From Chloroflexota bacterium (GTDB lineage: Bacteria > Chloroflexota > Dehalococcoidia > UBA2979), in assembly GCA_027593235.1 (NCBI GenBank), contig JAQCIU010000029.1, positions 1 to 38,344 on the forward strand: a DNA stretch of 38,344 nt. The letters run 5' to 3'. The position numbers and the translations under genes are program-made. Under the pieces are notes generated by a model. The model was given only the letters and a program-made list of their open reading frames with translations, did not search any database and was not told where the DNA came from. Positions 18,095 to 28,082 of the stretch are shown in pieces. Position 1 is the stretch's first letter, and each line of letters begins with the position of its first letter.

Positions 18095-19344
18095 CAGACC
18101 GCCAGCTCCGCCATCATCTGCCCGACCTCTTCGGCCGAGTAGCCCAGCAGCTCCGTCAGCACCTCCATCGTGTCCTCACCCAACATTGGCGAGCCGCGTG
18201 TCATCCGCCAGCGCGCGTCCGAGAATTGCGCCGGGTAGCCCTCGTAGCGGTGCTCGCCGAGGTGGCCGTGCGGCGCCGAGGGATAGAAGCCACGCGCCGC
18301 GTGCTGCTCGTCGCGTTCCATCTTGTCGTCGGCGCGCTGGCACATCCCCGCCGCCACGCCGCGCGCCTGCAGTGCGTACATCAGCTCGCGCGCGTCGCGC
18401 GGCCGCGTCCGCTCCGTGATCGCCGCGTCTAGCTCATCCTCGTGCCGCTTGCGATCCTCGTTCGACGCGAACCGCTCGTCCGACACCAGCTCCGGCACGC
18501 CCAGTACCGAGCACAGCGCCGCCCACTGCTCATGCGTCTCCGCGACGATCGCGATCCAGCGGTCGTCCTCCACCTCGTCCGCCGCGCAACGGTACGTGTT
18601 GTGCGGCGCGATCGCCGGTCGCTCGGAGCGGTTCCCGATCCGCCGGTACTCCCGGCCGTTCACCTGGTAATCCAGCACCGGCACCCCGGTCAGCACCATC
18701 CCCGTCTCGATCTGCGCCATGTCCACGTGCTGCACCTCGCCGGTGCGCCGCCGGTGATGCAGTGCCATCAGCGCCGCGATCGCCCCGTAGTACCCCGCGG
18801 TGTGATCGAGGTAGGAGTAGCCCCATCCCGCCGGATCCTCCCCCGGCAACCCCGACATCTGAGTCGCGCCGCTAACGGCCGCGGCCGTCGGCCCCCACGT
18901 GATGTACGTGCGATCCGGCCCCGTCTGCCCGAACCCGGAAAGCGAGACGTAGATCGCGTTCGGGTTCAGCTCCTGGATCCGATCCCAGCCGAACCCCATC
19001 CGCTCGAACGCCCCGGCACTGAAGTTCTCGATCACGATGTCGGACTTCGCGATCAGCCGCTCTGCCGCCTCGCGACCCGCCGGGTGGTGCAGGTTCGCCG
19101 TGATCCCCCGTTTGTTCCGGTTGAAGTTGCCGTGGAACCCGCTGCCATTGAACGAGGGGTGCGCTGGATCCTGCTGCATTCCCCAGCGCATCGAATCGAT
19201 GTACGACTCGTTCTCCACTTTCACCACGTCGGCGCCCAGGTCCGCCAGGATCCGCGTCGCCTGCGGACCCGCCACGATCCACGTGAAATCGCAGACCCGC
19301 ACCCCCGCCAATGGCAGTGGCCGCGCGTCCCCGGATCGATCCAT
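18094..19344 (-). CDS. Family III CoA-transferase, probable catalytic (BbsF-like) subunit
   Basis: PLAGVRVCDFTWIVAGP, NRNKRGIT, SYLDHTAG; TGATG overlap with the next gene. Confidence 0.88.
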   Translation of the reverse strand: MDRSGDARPLPLAGVRVCDFTWIVAGPQATRILADLGADVVKVENESYIDSMRWGMQQDPAHPSFNGSGFHGNFNRNKRGITANLHHPAGREAAERLIAKSDIVIENFSAGAFERMGFGWDRIQELNPNAIYVSLSGFGQTGPDRTYITWGPTAAAVSGATQMSGLPGEDPAGWGYSYLDHTAGYYGAIAALMALHHRRRTGEVQHVDMAQIETGMVLTGVPVLDYQVNGREYRRIGNRSERPAIAPHNTYRCAADEVEDDRWIAIVAETHEQWAALCSVLGVPELVSDERFASNEDRKRHEDELDAAITERTRPRDARELMYALQARGVAAGMCQRADDKMERDEQHAARGFYPSAPHGHLGEHRYEGYPAQFSDARWRMTRGSPMLGEDTMEVLTELLGYSAEEVGQMMAELAV

Positions 19345-19461
19345 CGCCTCCAGCACACCCATGTCGCAACTCCCGTCGATGCGCACACGTTATCGCTGGC
19401 GGAGGCGGTCGATGGCAAGCGCACCGACATATCCTCGAGGGCCGACACGAGGCTCCGGCCA

Positions 19462-19941
19462 ATGGATCACCGCGAACTCGAGCAGCTCTTCGCCTTCGAT
19501 CGCTGGGCGAACCGCCAGACCCTCGCCGCCCTGCGCACCCTCGAGGCCGCTCCACCCGCCGCGCTCAGCGATCTGCTCTGGCACACCCTCGCGGCCGCCG
19601 ACAACAGGCTCTCGAGGATCGACGGCACCACGCCATTCGAGGCCCTCGGCTGGACCGACACCCACACCCTCGAAACGATCGCCGCCTACAACGCCCGCGT
19701 CGAACCCAAGTCCGTCGCCGTCATCGCCGCGCTACCCGCGGCCCGCCTCGGCGAGACGTTCGAGTACCGCAACTCCTCGGGCGCCCCGTTCACCAACGTC
19801 GTCGCCGACGTGCTCCAGCACGTCATCCTCCACGGCGTCGAACACCGCGCCCAGATCATGTACGAGGTGGGCAAACTCGGTGGCCAACCCGTCGAGCTCG
19901 AGTACGCCTGGTTCCTCCGCGAACCCCCACCCGATGCCTGA
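19462..19941 (+). CDS. DinB-family protein
   Basis: LFAFDRWAN, LWHTLAA, YRNSSG, LQHVILHGVEHRAQ. Confidence 0.85.
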   Translation: MDHRELEQLFAFDRWANRQTLAALRTLEAAPPAALSDLLWHTLAAADNRLSRIDGTTPFEALGWTDTHTLETIAAYNARVEPKSVAVIAALPAARLGETFEYRNSSGAPFTNVVADVLQHVILHGVEHRAQIMYEVGKLGGQPVELEYAWFLREPPPDA

Positions 19942-20013
19942 CCCCGTCCCGACGGCCGGTCGGCTCCTCACGAGCAGCAGTCGGCTCCCCATAAGCAGCG
20001 GGAGGCCCCCACG

Positions 20014-20808
20014 ATGAGGATCGTCTCGGTCAACGCGTGGGGCGGCGCGATGTTCGACGCCCTCGTCGAATGGCTGCCCACCTGCCGGGCTGACGTGCTC
20101 TGCTTCCAGGAAGTGACGCGCACGCCGGGGCTGCGCGGCTGGACCTCGTTCGATGACACGGAGCGCCAACTCCCGCAGCGCGCCAACCTGTTCGACGACC
20201 TGCGAGACGCGCTGCCGGATCACCAGGGGTTCTTCGTCGCCAGCGATGCCGGTCCGGTCATGGACGGCGACGGCCACCAACACCGGCAGGACTTCGGCCT
20301 CGCCATCTTCATCAGCCAACAGATCCCGGTCATCGGCCAGGCGGCGGCCTTCGTCCACGGCGACTTCGTCGATCACGAGGTCTGGGCGACCACCGATCGT
20401 CCCCGCGTCGCCCAGGCGGTACGCCTCGTCGACCGAGCCGCCGATCGACGCATCCTCGTGACACACCTGCACGGCCTCCGAGACGCAGCGGGTAAACACG
20501 ACACCCCGGCCCGACGACGGCAGGCGAAGCGGCTGATCGAGGTCATCGGCACGCTCCGCGAACCGGACGACCTCGTCATCCTCGGCGGCGATTTCAACCT
20601 GCTGCCGAACAGCGAGACGTTCGAGCTGCTCGCGAAAGAGGGGCTGGTCGACCTCGTCGGCGACGCAGACACCAGGACGTCCCGCTACCTCAAGCCCGTC
20701 CGTCACGCGAGCTACCTGCTCGTCTCCGACATCAGCGCCGTGAAGTCCTTCGAGGCGCCCGCCACCCCCGAGGTATCCGACCATCGCCTGCTCGTCCTCG
20801 ACGTCTGA
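20014..20808 (+). CDS. Endonuclease/exonuclease/phosphatase-family protein
   Basis: SVNAWG, DVLCFQEV, GGDFN, SDHR. Confidence 0.85.
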   Translation: MRIVSVNAWGGAMFDALVEWLPTCRADVLCFQEVTRTPGLRGWTSFDDTERQLPQRANLFDDLRDALPDHQGFFVASDAGPVMDGDGHQHRQDFGLAIFISQQIPVIGQAAAFVHGDFVDHEVWATTDRPRVAQAVRLVDRAADRRILVTHLHGLRDAAGKHDTPARRRQAKRLIEVIGTLREPDDLVILGGDFNLLPNSETFELLAKEGLVDLVGDADTRTSRYLKPVRHASYLLVSDISAVKSFEAPATPEVSDHRLLVLDV

Positions 20809-20838
20809 GCCTCGGAGCTTCAGGCGCGCAGTAACGCG

Positions 20839-21642
20839 CTAGCGCTTCCGCACTCGCCACACCTCTTCCGCGGGCCACTGCCGCGCCCACTCCAGCGTCA
20901 CGAACGGATACCGCGTCGTCGCGTCCTCCGAGGGGTACAGCTCGATCAGCTCCTCCACCTCCAGCTCGTTCGCGCGAAACAGGCCGATCCAGTCCCCGTG
21001 GCTCAGGTAGAACTCCACCCCGCTGTCCGGATCCGCCGGCCAATCCAGGCGGTGCAATCCCCGCTGCGGCCGCAGCAGCGTCGTCTCCGCCGCCACCCCA
21101 TCGAACTCCGGCGCCATCAGCATCAGCAGCACCGACCCGCCAAGAAACACCAGCTCCCCGCCCGGCTTCAACAGCCGCGCCGCCTCCGGAATCCACTCGT
21201 AGGGATCGCTCCAGATCGCCGACCCGTACTCCGAAATCACCAGATCCGCGCAGCCATCCGGCAGCGGCACATGCTCGCCTACCCCGCGGATCAGCGTGAA
21301 CTCCAGCCCGTGCTGCCGCTGCATCCGTCGTGCCGTCGCAAGCTGCTCCGGCGTCAGATCGAGGGCGATCGGCCGTGCTCCACGTCGTGCCACCCAGGCC
21401 GAGACGTACCCCGTCCCGCACCCTAGCTCCACCGTCACCTTGCCCTCGAGGTCCAACGGCAGGATGCCCGCCTCGGACTCCGGAATGCCCCAGATCCCCC
21501 AGCGCGGCGCGCCCGCCCAGTTCCGCTCCGCCGCCTCCACGTAGTCGGGCGCGTTGCCCTGCCAGTGCTCGCGGTTGACCTGTAGGTAATCGCTCTCGGC
21601 CACGCCCGCCCCCGTCCGATCCACCTCGGTCGCTGATCGCAT
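20839..21642 (-). CDS. Class I SAM-dependent methyltransferase
   Basis: VELGCGTGYVS, DLVISEYG, ARLLKPGG; start uncertain (21603 GTG or 21642). Confidence 0.85.
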   Translation of the reverse strand: MRSATEVDRTGAGVAESDYLQVNREHWQGNAPDYVEAAERNWAGAPRWGIWGIPESEAGILPLDLEGKVTVELGCGTGYVSAWVARRGARPIALDLTPEQLATARRMQRQHGLEFTLIRGVGEHVPLPDGCADLVISEYGSAIWSDPYEWIPEAARLLKPGGELVFLGGSVLLMLMAPEFDGVAAETTLLRPQRGLHRLDWPADPDSGVEFYLSHGDWIGLFRANELEVEELIELYPSEDATTRYPFVTLEWARQWPAEEVWRVRKR

Positions 21643-21799
21643 CGGGTCCCCCCGGCGCAATTCCCGCCCACCGATCGTAGAGTGCGCGCGACCACCGAGG
21701 CCAGATCACCCGACCACGAACCCCGACCGCGAACCCGACCCACATCCGACGCCTCCCCCGAGCGACCGCGCGGGCCCAGCGCACCCCGGAGCACCGCCC

Positions 21800-22225
21800 A
21801 TGGCCGGCTACTCAGGCACCCCGCTGCCAACGAAGCTCGGCATCAAGCCGGCCCACCGCCTCGCCCTCATCGACGCCCCCGAGGACTTCGCAGCCACCCT
21901 CGGCCCGCTCCCCGACGCCGTCCAACTCCGCACCACCGCCCGAGGCCCCGCCGACGTCCTCGTCTACTTCACGACCAGCCGCGCAGCGTTCCGCAAGCGC
22001 CTCCCAGCCCTCGGCCGCGCCATCTACCCAGACGGCGGCCTCTGGATCGCCTAGCCGAAACGCGCCTCAAAGGTCCCCACCGACATGACCGAAGACGTCG
22101 TCCGCGAAGAAGCACTCCCCCTCGGCCTCGTCGACAACAAGGTCTGCGCCATCGACGACACCTGGTCCGGCCTCCGCATCGTCTGGCGTAAAGAAAACAG
22201 GGGCGGCCGAACCGCCCCCGTCTAG
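21800..22225 (+). pseudogene. DUF3052-family gene interrupted by an in-frame TAG at 22052-22054
   Basis: MAGYSGTPLPTKLGIK...GGLWIA*PKRASKVPTDMTEDVVRE..LPLGLVDNKVCAIDDTWSGLR. The family-like sequence continues after the stop, which occupies the usual Trp position. Confidence 0.75.
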
Positions 22226-22297
22226 CTCATCGTCCTCGCGACCTGAGCACCCCACCTCAAAGACAGGCGCGAAGCGTCATCAAACCCCGAAGGGGCG

Positions 22298-23068
22298 CTA
22301 CTCCTGGCCGGTCCACTCCGGCGTCTTCTTCTCGCGGAACGCCGCAGGCCCGATCTTCGCGTCCGCGGTACCTCGAGCGACCTTGCGCATCGTCTCGCCA
22401 AACCGAATCGCATCCACGAACGGCATATCCTGCCCGCGCCGCGCAACTTCCTTCGTCGCACGCACCGCGAGGGGCGCCGACAGCAACAGCCGCTCCGCGA
22501 GGGCCTTCGCCTCGTCCATCAGCTGATCGTGCGGGACCACCTTCCACGCGAGGCCCATCTCCTTCGCTCGGTGCGCGTCCACGCGCTCGCCGAGCAGCAG
22601 CAGCTCCATCGCGTTCTGCCAGCCGATCCGCGAGGGCATCCGCACCGCACCCTGGATCGTCGGGATCCCGATGCGCACCTCCGGGAACCCGAACTGCGCC
22701 TGCTCGCTCGCGATCACGAAGTCGCACGCGGCGACGAGGGTGAGCGCGAACCCGAGGCAGTAGCCGTTCACCGCCGCGATCACCGGCTTCCACACCTCCA
22801 TGCCGCTTTCCAACGAGTTCATGGAAGCGTTCTCCCAGAACGTCCCCGGCGTCGCCGGGTTCGCGTCGCGCAGATCGGCGCCCGCGCTGAAGGCGCGCCC
22901 CGCGCCCGTCACGATCCCGACCCACGCCTCCTCGTCGTCGCGGAACTTCGCCCAGGCGTCGTTCAGGTCGGAGCGCAGCTGACCATTGATCGCGTTCATC
23001 GCCTCGGGGCGGTTGTAAGTAATCGTCGCGATCCGGCCTTCGCGCTCGTAGAGGACGGTGTCACCCAT
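22298..23068 (-). CDS. Enoyl-CoA hydratase/isomerase-family protein
   Basis: NRPEAMNA, GRAFSAGADL, KPVIAAVNGYCLG, FGFPEVRIG, FREKKTPEW. Confidence 0.9.
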   Translation of the reverse strand: MGDTVLYEREGRIATITYNRPEAMNAINGQLRSDLNDAWAKFRDDEEAWVGIVTGAGRAFSAGADLRDANPATPGTFWENASMNSLESGMEVWKPVIAAVNGYCLGFALTLVAACDFVIASEQAQFGFPEVRIGIPTIQGAVRMPSRIGWQNAMELLLLGERVDAHRAKEMGLAWKVVPHDQLMDEAKALAERLLLSAPLAVRATKEVARRGQDMPFVDAIRFGETMRKVARGTADAKIGPAAFREKKTPEWTGQE

Positions 23069-23208
23069 CACAGGCTCCGTTTCGTTCGGTTCGTCGTGTT
23101 CGCTGGGTCGGTGTCAGTGCTCGAAGTCGGGCGCGCCGAAACTAGCACGCCCACGCGGGCGCGACGATCCAGTCGCGCTTCAATCTGACCGCGGAGAGCG
23201 GCACCGGC

Positions 23209-23476
23209 TCAGGCGAGCAATGAGCCAGCCAGCATCGCGACAATCGCGCCAACGACGCCCACGCCCGCGAGGTAGAGCACCGCCTGGTGCATCCGGTGCG
23301 TGCGCTGGTACTTGGCTTCCAACTCATCGGGAGTGGGCATGGCTGCCTCCTCGGAGATCGGCGCGATCGTGTGTAGGCCCGCCTGCTCACCGCCGCCGAA
23401 GGCGAACGCGGCTGAGCGGAACGCCCACACCATCACCACCGCGGCGAACACGAATGCGATTACCTCAACGACCATC
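23209..23476 (-). CDS. Small hypothetical membrane protein (two hydrophobic segments)
   Basis: MMVVEVIAFVFAAVVMVWAF...AVLYLAGVGVVGAIVAMLAGSLLA; GGAGG RBS. Confidence 0.5.
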
Positions 23477-23687
23477 ATTGCCTCCGCGGTCAGTCTGGAT
23501 TCGTCACGAACAACAAACAACCGGGCCCACCCGCGGCAGCGCCATCAGCGCCCCCACGCACAGCCGCCCTCCAGCGAGCGACCGCTCCGCGCCCCTTCGC
23601 AATCCGCCCCGAGCCTCCAAGGATCACGACCCAAGCCCCGCGACCTCCGCTGCCACCAATCCGGACCCAGCCCGCCAGCCCGCCAAC

Positions 23688-23750
23688 CCTCGGAGACCCG
23701 CAGCCTCGGAGACCCACAGCCTCCGAGGCCCAAAGACCCTCCGAGGCCAC
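23688..23750. repeat. Degenerate 16-18 bp tandem repeat x4
   Basis: CCTCGGAGACCCGCAG CCTCGGAGACCCACAG CCTCCGAGGCCCAAAGAC CCTCCGAGGCCAC. Confidence 0.6.
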
Positions 23751-23812
23751 CCGTCCGGCCCCAGCCCGGCCATCCCGCCGCGCTAGCCCCCGACGCCGCC
23801 AGGCACCGCCCG

Positions 23813-24327
23813 CTACACCGGCGTGCCAACCCCAGCGAACGCCGCCCGCAGCTCCTCCGAGGCCTCCCGAATCGACGTCTCCGCCGCGTCGAAGATGTGC
23901 GGCGTGCTGAAGAAGCCATGCAGGTGCCCGTCGACGCGGTCCAGCCGCGTCGGCACTCCCGCCGCCTTCAGCCGTGCCGCGTACGCTTCGCCCTCGTCGC
24001 ATAGCGGGTCGAACTCCGCCGTGATCACATGCGCCCGAGGAAGCCCCGCCAGCTCCGAGGCGTGCGCCGGAGACACCCGCGCATCGTCGCGGCCGACCGC
24101 GCCACCCTCGGGCACGTACTGATCCCAGAACCACGTCATCGCCTCGCGCCCCAGACCGAAGCCCTCGGACCGCGCCGCGTACGACGCCGAGTCCATCCTC
24201 GAATCCGTCACCGGGTACACCAGCAACTGGTACGCGATCGGCGGCCCGCCGTTGTCCCGCGCGTGCAGCGCAACCGCCGCCGCCAGGTTCCCGCCCGCAC
24301 TCGCCCCCGAGACCGCAATCCTCGAGG
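23813..24327 (-). pseudogene. 3' half of a hormone-sensitive-lipase-type alpha/beta hydrolase, 5'-truncated
   Basis: SRIAVSGASAGGNLAA, QLLVYPVTD, AEFDPLCDEGEAYA, HGFF; the N-terminal half with HGGG is absent. Confidence 0.8.
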
Positions 24328-25076
24328 AAGGCGCAGGCGCGGAGATCCTCGCGCTGCTCCAGCAGCGCGGCGCGCTCTTCTTCGACGAGCTGGTCCGCGG
24401 CACGCGTCGCCTCTCCACCGACGTCGAGCGCGGTCTGCGCGAACTGATCGGCGCCGGCCTCGTCACCTCCGACGGCTTCCAGGGCCTCCGCGAGATCGCC
24501 GGCGGCTCGAAGCGCCATGGCCGCCGCCACGGCCGCCGCGGTTCCAGCTACCTCCGAGGCGGCCTCTTCTCCGGCGGCGGCCCGCCCGGCCGCTGGTCCC
24601 CCGTCGAAGCGCCCACCTCGGAAGACGGCACCCCCCTCGACCGCGCCGACATCGAGGACCTCGCCGAGGCGGTCGCGGACGTCATGCTCCAGCGCTACGG
24701 CGTCGTCTTCCGCGACCTCTACCCGCTCGAGGCCTTCACCGTCCCCTGGCGCGAAGTCCTCCGCGCCCTGCGCCGCCTCGAGGCCCGCGGCATCATCCGC
24801 GGCGGCCGCTTCGTCACCGGCTTCGCCGGCGAGCAATACGCCCTCCCCGAAGCGCTCACGCTGCTCCGCAAGATCCGCCGCGAACCCACCTCGGGACAGC
24901 GCATCACCATCAGCGCCGTCGACCCCGCCAACCTCACCGGCGTGGTGCTGCCGGGCCCGCGCGTCCCGCACCAAGCGGGCCGCTCGATCACCCTCGTGGA
25001 TGGCGTCATCCCCGCCGACTCAGCCGGCCACGTTGTGGCACTTGCGGAGCCTGCGTTGACTGGCATCGAACGGTGA
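24320..25076 (+). pseudogene. C-terminal fragment of an Lhr-like DEAD/H helicase, 5'-truncated
   Basis: LQQRGALFFDEL, GLVTSDGFQGLR, GRWS, LQRYGVVFRD, LEARGIIRGGRFVTGFAGEQYALPEA, SAVDPANLTG; no start codon or helicase core upstream. Confidence 0.8.
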
Positions 25077-25990
25077 GCCCTTTCGAATCATGGGCTGATC
25101 GCGGATGGCGGGACACGAAGCTGTGGTTGGTGGACTGGCGCTTCCTCATGGCGAACGTACTCAGCAGTGCTGCAGTCGTCCTCGCTGCCCATCCGGCGCT
25201 CGGGATTGCCTGGGGCGTCGCACTGCTCCCGATCGTGGCCGGGGCAGCGTTTCTGCATACTCCGATCGTGCAAAGGAATGAAGCACGTCAAGCGCTCCGA
25301 GAACTGCTCCGTGACGAAGCCAGCGTACGGATAGAGGTATATCTGGCTGAGTGGGAGGGCGCCTACCTGCGAATCTGGAACGATGGCCCCTCGGATGAGT
25401 TCGAGATCGTCGTGAATCCGGTAGGTCATGACGAGATGGACTGGTCGCCGTGCCATCCGCGCTGGGGAATCGAAGACGTGGAGATGGAACGTCTCTTCCC
25501 TGACGAGAACGGTTTAGAGGGTTGGTACGAACTCGAACCGCAGGCTCTAAGGCGGACAATCCACAACGGCGGGTATGAGTACGTCAGTATCGCGCTAAGT
25601 GGCGTAGGGCTTCACTCCCGGATCTACGGGCGTCGTCGACACGACGATGACGCTACAAGCGCGAATTGGGACGAGGCTTCGAGGTCGATACCGGCGGATG
25701 GAAGGATCGGAGTGCGATTCTTCGCGAACGAGATGGAGCGTGGCTTCCAGAACACGACGCTCGCCGACGGCGAACAGCTGAGATTCACCGTAAGAGTGCT
25801 GCGCGCACGATCGCAGCCGATCGACGCCGACGTTCAGCTGCGTGCCTTCATTCAAACGCCTCTCGAAGGAAAGCGGTGGCCCGGGATCAGCCTCAAAGTG
25901 ATCCGGCAGGCCCTCGTGGGCCACCGCGTCGCTGGCGAGACCTCAGACGATGCCACGACGGCGAACCAAGTGCCCAGGCCGGCAGACTAG
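25073..25990 (+). CDS. Hypothetical protein with N-terminal hydrophobic segments and atypical (lower GC) codon usage
   Basis: Open frame; possible GTG start overlapping the Lhr stop (GTGA), alternative ATG at 25148; many A/T-ending codons. Confidence 0.55.
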   Translation: MSPFESWADRGWRDTKLWLVDWRFLMANVLSSAAVVLAAHPALGIAWGVALLPIVAGAAFLHTPIVQRNEARQALRELLRDEASVRIEVYLAEWEGAYLRIWNDGPSDEFEIVVNPVGHDEMDWSPCHPRWGIEDVEMERLFPDENGLEGWYELEPQALRRTIHNGGYEYVSIALSGVGLHSRIYGRRRHDDDATSANWDEASRSIPADGRIGVRFFANEMERGFQNTTLADGEQLRFTVRVLRARSQPIDADVQLRAFIQTPLEGKRWPGISLKVIRQALVGHRVAGETSDDATTANQVPRPAD

Positions 25991-26045
25991 AGGCTCGGAC
26001 AAGCGTCGGCCTCGGGGACAGCTTAAGTCGGCCAGTCTCGTCGCC

Positions 26046-26900
26046 TCAGCGCCCCTTGAAGTCGGGCTCCCGCCGCTCGCGCAACGCCGACCGCGCCTCG
26101 TCCGCGTCCTCGGAATCCCCGAGGATCGGCGAGGCGTTCGAGGTCAGCACCGCCGTCGTCTCGAGCGTGCTATCCATCGCCGCGCGAATCACGCGCTTGT
26201 TGATCCAGCTCACCAGCGGCGGGTTCCGCATGATGCGCTTGCAGAGTTCCCGCACCTCGTCCTCGAGCTGCTCCGACGGCACGATGCGGTTGAGCACGCC
26301 CCACTCGGCCGCCGTTGGACCATCGAGGTGCCCCGTGAACGAGAACTCCAGCGCGCGACCCAGCCCCGCGAGCCGCGGCAGGTAATAGGCGCCGCCGTTC
26401 TCGATGATCTGGCCAACCTGCTGGTAGGAAATGAAGCGCGTGTTCTCGGAGCCGTAGCGGATGTCGCACTGCAGCGCCATGCCCATGCCGAACCCGGCGG
26501 CGGGACCGTTCACCATCGCGATCGTCGGCTTCCGGATGAAGGAAATGTCCTTCATCAGCTTGGTGATGCCGTAGTAGAAGCGCTGCCGCGTCGCCTCCGC
26601 GCCACCGATCTCGTACGGCGCATTGCCCAGGAAGTTGTCGCCCGGCTCGAAGTCGGTACCCGCGCCACTGACATCGACGCCCGCGCAGAAGCCGCGCCCC
26701 ATGCCCGTCAGCACAATCACCTTCACCTCGGGATCGTCATCCCCGTGGCGCATGTACTCGCCGACCTTGGCCAGCGTGCCCGTCCGCTCCGTGCCGCCGA
26801 CAGCGGCGTTCAGCTTCTCGGGGCGGTTGAAGCGAATCCAGAGGATGCCATTGTCCTCCTTCTCGTAGAGGAGGTAGGGGACCAGCTCGAGTTGTTGCAT
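26046..26900 (-). CDS. Enoyl-CoA hydratase/isomerase-family protein
   Basis: IRFNRPEKLNA, GRGFCAGVDV, KPTIAMVNGPAAGFG, ERREPDFKGR. Confidence 0.9.
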   Translation of the reverse strand: MQQLELVPYLLYEKEDNGILWIRFNRPEKLNAAVGGTERTGTLAKVGEYMRHGDDDPEVKVIVLTGMGRGFCAGVDVSGAGTDFEPGDNFLGNAPYEIGGAEATRQRFYYGITKLMKDISFIRKPTIAMVNGPAAGFGMGMALQCDIRYGSENTRFISYQQVGQIIENGGAYYLPRLAGLGRALEFSFTGHLDGPTAAEWGVLNRIVPSEQLEDEVRELCKRIMRNPPLVSWINKRVIRAAMDSTLETTAVLTSNASPILGDSEDADEARSALRERREPDFKGR

Positions 26901-27050
26901 GTGGAGGCTCCTCGGAAGTGCGTGCGCCATCGGCGAACCGCCGCGACCAACGCGGCGACGCGCGCATCGTACAAGCGCCCTCGAAACCGCGCCGCCACGC
27001 CCAGCGGCACGACAGCAGCGTAACCTCGTCGCGTACCAGCGGAGGCCCCG

Positions 27051-28082
27051 ATGTCCCAACCCACCTTCGAGGAGTTCACACTCGCTGCAATCCAGGCCGC
27101 GCCCGTCTACTTCGACGCCGAAGCGTCCACCGACAAGGCCGTCGGCCTGATCCACGACGCCGCCGCGAAGGGCGCGACGATCGCCGCCTTCGGCGAAACC
27201 TGGCTCCCCGGCTACTGCTACTGGGCGTACCACACCGGCGGCGCGCAGGTGATGAAAGCGCGCGCGCTCTACCTCGCCAGCTCGATCAACGTCCCCGGCC
27301 CCGAGACCGACCGGCTTTGCGAGGCGGCGCGCGACGCCGGCATCGACGTGGCGATCGGCGTCGTCGAGCGCGATCCGAACACCGCCGGCAGCGTCTATTG
27401 CACGCTCGTCTTCATCGGCCGCGAAGGCAAGATCCTCGGCCGCCACCGCAAGCTGAAGCCCACCGACGTCGAGCGACGCGCCTGGGGCGAAGGCGACGGC
27501 CAGAGCCTCGTCACCTACGACCGCCCATACGGCCGCCTCAGCGGCCTCAACTGCTGGGAGCACCGCATGGTGCTGCCCGGCTACGCGCTGATGGCGCAGG
27601 GCACGCAGATCCACATCGCGAGCTGGCCCACCGGCTCCGACGACGTCCTCGCGAGGGCGTTCGCGAAGCAGGCGGCGGCCTACGTCATCTCCGTCGGCGG
27701 CATGCTCCGCCCCCAGGACGTCCCCGCCGGCTTCGAGGAGGTCTTCGACCTCACCAGCCCGGTCGTCGGCGGCGGCTCCCAGATCATCGACCCCAACGGC
27801 AAGGTGCTCGCCCACGCTCCCGAGGACGAAGAGGTCATCCTCACCGCGACCGGCAGCCTCGACCGCGCACTCGCGATGCGCTCGATGTGCGACGTCGGCG
27901 GCCACTACTCCCGCCCCGACGTACTCCAGCTCCACGTCAACGGCGCCCCGCTCCAACGCCTCGTCCGCCACGACGCGCCCGGGGGCATGCGTGCGCCCTC
28001 GCCAAATGGCCACGCCTCGAACGGCGCTGAGTCCAACGGTCACGAGGTAGAGGTCATCGTCACGGAACAGGTCACGCAGTGA
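27051..28082 (+). CDS. Nitrilase (carbon-nitrogen hydrolase family)
   Basis: Catalytic triad contexts FGETWLPGY, HRKLKPT and LNCWEH; DVGGHYSRPDV. Confidence 0.9.
   Translation: MSQPTFEEFTLAAIQAAPVYFDAEASTDKAVGLIHDAAAKGATIAAFGETWLPGYCYWAYHTGGAQVMKARALYLASSINVPGPETDRLCEAARDAGIDVAIGVVERDPNTAGSVYCTLVFIGREGKILGRHRKLKPTDVERRAWGEGDGQSLVTYDRPYGRLSGLNCWEHRMVLPGYALMAQGTQIHIASWPTGSDDVLARAFAKQAAAYVISVGGMLRPQDVPAGFEEVFDLTSPVVGGGSQIIDPNGKVLAHAPEDEEVILTATGSLDRALAMRSMCDVGGHYSRPDVLQLHVNGAPLQRLVRHDAPGGMRAPSPNGHASNGAESNGHEVEVIVTEQVTQ

Noticed and set aside
24029-25990. 653-aa ORF as a single gene
   Set aside because: The first 348 codons are an Arg/Pro-rich shadow frame over the esterase and Lhr fragments; only the part from about 25073 looks coding.
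26046-28043. 665-aa minus-strand ORF, and similar long antisense ORFs such as 5863-7539, 13202-15205 and 32549-34102
   Set aside because: These are stop-poor antisense frames typical of high-GC DNA. Only 26046-26900 is a real gene; the rest overlaps well-supported genes on the other strand.
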